A stretch of 64,000 nucleotides of DNA, taken from contig CAWKHF010000002.1 of NCBI GenBank assembly GCA_963849325.1, positions 160,001 through 224,000 on the forward strand, given 5' to 3'. Below the pieces are notes generated by a model. It did not search any database and was not told the origin of the DNA. It saw only the letters and a program-made list of their open reading frames with translations. This DNA is from an uncultured Planctomycetota bacterium. GTDB lineage: Bacteria > Planctomycetota > Planctomycetia > Gemmatales > Gemmataceae. The first letter of the stretch is position 1; each line of letters begins with the position of its first letter. The position numbers were made by a program, and so were the translations under genes. Positions 61,678-64,000 of this stretch are shown in pieces.

Positions 61678-62329
61678 GGACCCTCCTCCACATCTTCCGG
61701 GACGGGTTCGCCGTCCATGTAGATGTAACCGCTCAGGGCCGCGCGTAGGTTCTCCGCGCCCGGCTCAAGAGCGACTTGACCGCCTTGGTCGTCAGGCCCA
61801 TGACCTCGGCGATCTCGGCGTAATTCATGTCCTCGAACTTGTTGAGGACGACGGCCATGCGCTGGCGTTCGTTGAGTCCTTCGAGCGCCTGGCGAACCAT
61901 GGCGGCCAGTTCTTGTTGCTGGATGCGCTTCATGGGTCCGCTGCCGCGGTCGCGGACGATCTGCTCGGCGGGGCGTGGTCCTAACGGGCCGGAATCCTGG
62001 GCCGGCAGCGGCACTACCGGTTTGCGTTGCCGCGCCCGCAGGGAGTTGAGGGCCAGATTATTGGCAATGGTGAACAACCAGGTACAGAACTTGGCCCGTG
62101 GACGATATTTCTTGCGTGATCGATAAACGCGCAGGAACACCTCCTGGGACAGATCTTCGGCCTCGGTGGCGTTGCCGACCAGGTGATTCATGACGGCCAC
62201 AAGGCGGTGCTGATACAGCTCGACCAGTTCCTCGAACGCGCCGGGTTGGTCGTCGCGCACGCGCAGCATGAGGCGGATGTCCGGATCGCGGAGGGCCAGT
62301 TGCGTGCTGGTCTCGCCGGTCGCTGCCAC
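61674..62329 (-). CDS. ECF RNA polymerase sigma factor; frameshift near 61755
   Basis: AFEELVELYQ, AEDLSQEVFLRV, TWLFTIANN, YAEIAEVMG.T.KAVKSLL.RAR. Confidence 0.9.
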
Positions 62330-62345
62330 AACAATCCCACCTCCA

Positions 62346-62488
62346 AAGAATCAACCACAGATGAACGATGAACACGGATAAACACAGATAAGAGAGAAAG
62401 CAAGCAATCAACAGCGGGTAAACTCGTTTGTAGTTATTTCTTCTCTTTAATATCTGTGTTGATCTGTGTTCATCTGTGGTTGATTCTT
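62346..62488. repeat. Intergenic inverted repeat (ACCACAGATGAACACAGAT family)
   Basis: AAGAATCAACCACAGATGAAC ... GTTCATCTGTGGTTGATTCTT. Confidence 0.9.
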
Positions 62489-62490
62489 CT

Positions 62491-63593
62491 TCATTCAACC
62501 CCGATCACCGGCGCGGGTTCCGCCCGTTCCAGTGCCTCGCGGCGCAGCTGTCCGCAGGCCGCGTCGATGTCGGCCCCCTTGCGCTGCGCACCTTCACGCT
62601 GATGCCGGCGCCGCGCAGGATGGCCAGGAAGTCCGTCAACGCCTGCTGCGTCAGACGCCGGTACGGCAGCCCGGCCACGTCGTTGAACGGAATCAGGTTG
62701 ACGTGGGCCTGCCGTCCCCGCAGCAACTTCGCCAACTCCGCCGCGTGGGCCGGCTGGTCGTTGATGTCTCGCAGCAGCACGTATTCATACGTCACCTGCC
62801 GGCCGGTCGTGGCGTGGAAATAGTCGGCCGCTTCGAGGATGGCCGACAGGCCGGTCCTGTCGTTGGTCGGCACGATGCGCGTGCGCAGCTCGTCGTTGGG
62901 AGCGTGCAGCGACACGGCGAGGTGATACTGTTTGCCGAGGTCGGCAAGTCGGCGGATCTTCGCTGGCAGCCCGACCGTCGAGATGGTGATGTGCCGTGCC
63001 CCAATGCCCAATCCCTCGGGCGAGGTGGCGATGGCCAGCGCTTCCAGCAAAGCGTCGAGGTTGGCCAGCGGTTCGCCCATGCCCATGACAACCACGTTCG
63101 TGAGCCGTTCGCCGGCCGGCAGCAGGTTGCGGGCATGGAGAAGTTGCTCCAGGATTTCGCCGGACGTCAGATTGCGGACGACGCCGCCGAGGCCGCTGGC
63201 GCAAAAGACACAGCCCATGCCGCAGCCGACTTGCGTGCTGACGCACACTGTCCGCCGGTCGGCTTCCGGCAACAAGACACATTCGACGACCTGACCGTCG
63301 GCCAGGCGCAAGAGCAGCTTGTGGGTGCCGTCGCAAGAGATCAGGTGGCGGGCGATGTCGCTGCCCAGCGGCCGAAACGCCGCGGCCAACTCCTGACGCA
63401 GTCCCCGCGGCAGGTCGCTCATCTGCTCGAATGAGGTGGCTCGGCCGGCAAACAGCCAGCGTCGCATTTGTCGAGTGCGCAGCGGCGCTTGCTCCCGCGA
63501 CCGCAGCCACGCCAGAAGCTCCTCGGACGACACTTCCAGCAAGGCGCGGCGCGAGTCGGTGGTTTGGGACAGAGTCAATTCCTGTGCATGCAT
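62491..63593 (-). CDS. rlmN: 23S rRNA (adenine2503-C2) methyltransferase; frameshift near 62585
   Basis: CVSTQVGCGMGCVFCASG, VVMGMGEP, SLHAPND, HVNLIPFN, GADIDAACGQL. Confidence 0.93.
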
Positions 63594-63817
63594 GTCGTCA
63601 TTGTAGACGGCTGACTTCCGGCGCGGGAAGAGACGACCTCGCCGAGTGGAGCGTTTTTTCGAGAAGTTGGCCGTTACGAGAAGCAGCGCGGATTTGCCCT
63701 TGGCGGCGGTTCCTCCCATAATAACCGCGTCGCCTCTACGACGTGTGCCTTGCCGGCCTGTTCTGCCCGGCCGTCCCCACCGTGGCCGCGTGAACTGAGC
63801 AAGTAAGAGTGACTACC

Positions 63818-64000
63818 ATGAGTGAGCCGGAGTTTCGCCCAGGATTGGCCGACGTTCCCGTGGCGGAGTCGGCGATTAGCTTCATTGATGGCAAGCGTGC
63901 CCGCCTGGAATATCGCGGCATCGCTGTCGAAACCCTGGCCCGAGAGAGCTGTTTCGAGGAGACGGCCTGGCTGCTGCTCAAAGGCGTGCTGCCAACTCAA
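63818..64000 (+). CDS. Citrate synthase (5' part; runs off the window)
   Basis: Manual translation MSEPEFRPGLADVPVAESAISFIDGKRARLEYRGIAVETLARESCFEETAWLLLKGVLPT. Confidence 0.85.
   Translation, partial: MSEPEFRPGLADVPVAESAISFIDGKRARLEYRGIAVETLARESCFEETAWLLLKGVLPTQ

Overview
GC-rich bacterial chromosome segment, most likely a planctomycete (inferred from a DUF1559 pilin-like protein, PVC-type heme/propeller proteins and tandem Uma2 genes). Most of the window is housekeeping or typical accessory genes: polA, czcB/czcA-like RND efflux, ParDE-type TA, purB, lysS, lolC/E-lolD, ilvE, comEC, pcs-like, tRNA-Gly, kmo-kynA-kynB, rpmA, M16 peptidase, ECF sigma/anti-sigma, rlmN and citrate synthase. Many single-base frameshifts look like long-read assembly errors. 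The standout is a ~6.5 kb mobile element (28548-35074; ~3.4 kb once two nested IS are removed). It is bounded by a 15-bp direct repeat that reads as a sigma-54 -24/-12 promoter core, and both ends carry copies of an 11-bp motif. It encodes a SWIM-zinc-finger DDE transposase and two non-canonical tRNA-like genes: a Gln/Glu-like cloverleaf with a UUA (ochre) anticodon and a tRNA-Sec/allo-tRNA-like fold. The transposase is interrupted by an IS701-like and an ISKra4-like element, each with a clean target duplication, and has an in-frame TAA near its C-terminus. Several families of intergenic inverted-repeat elements recur through the window. All family assignments are by eye from recalled motifs; no searches were run.
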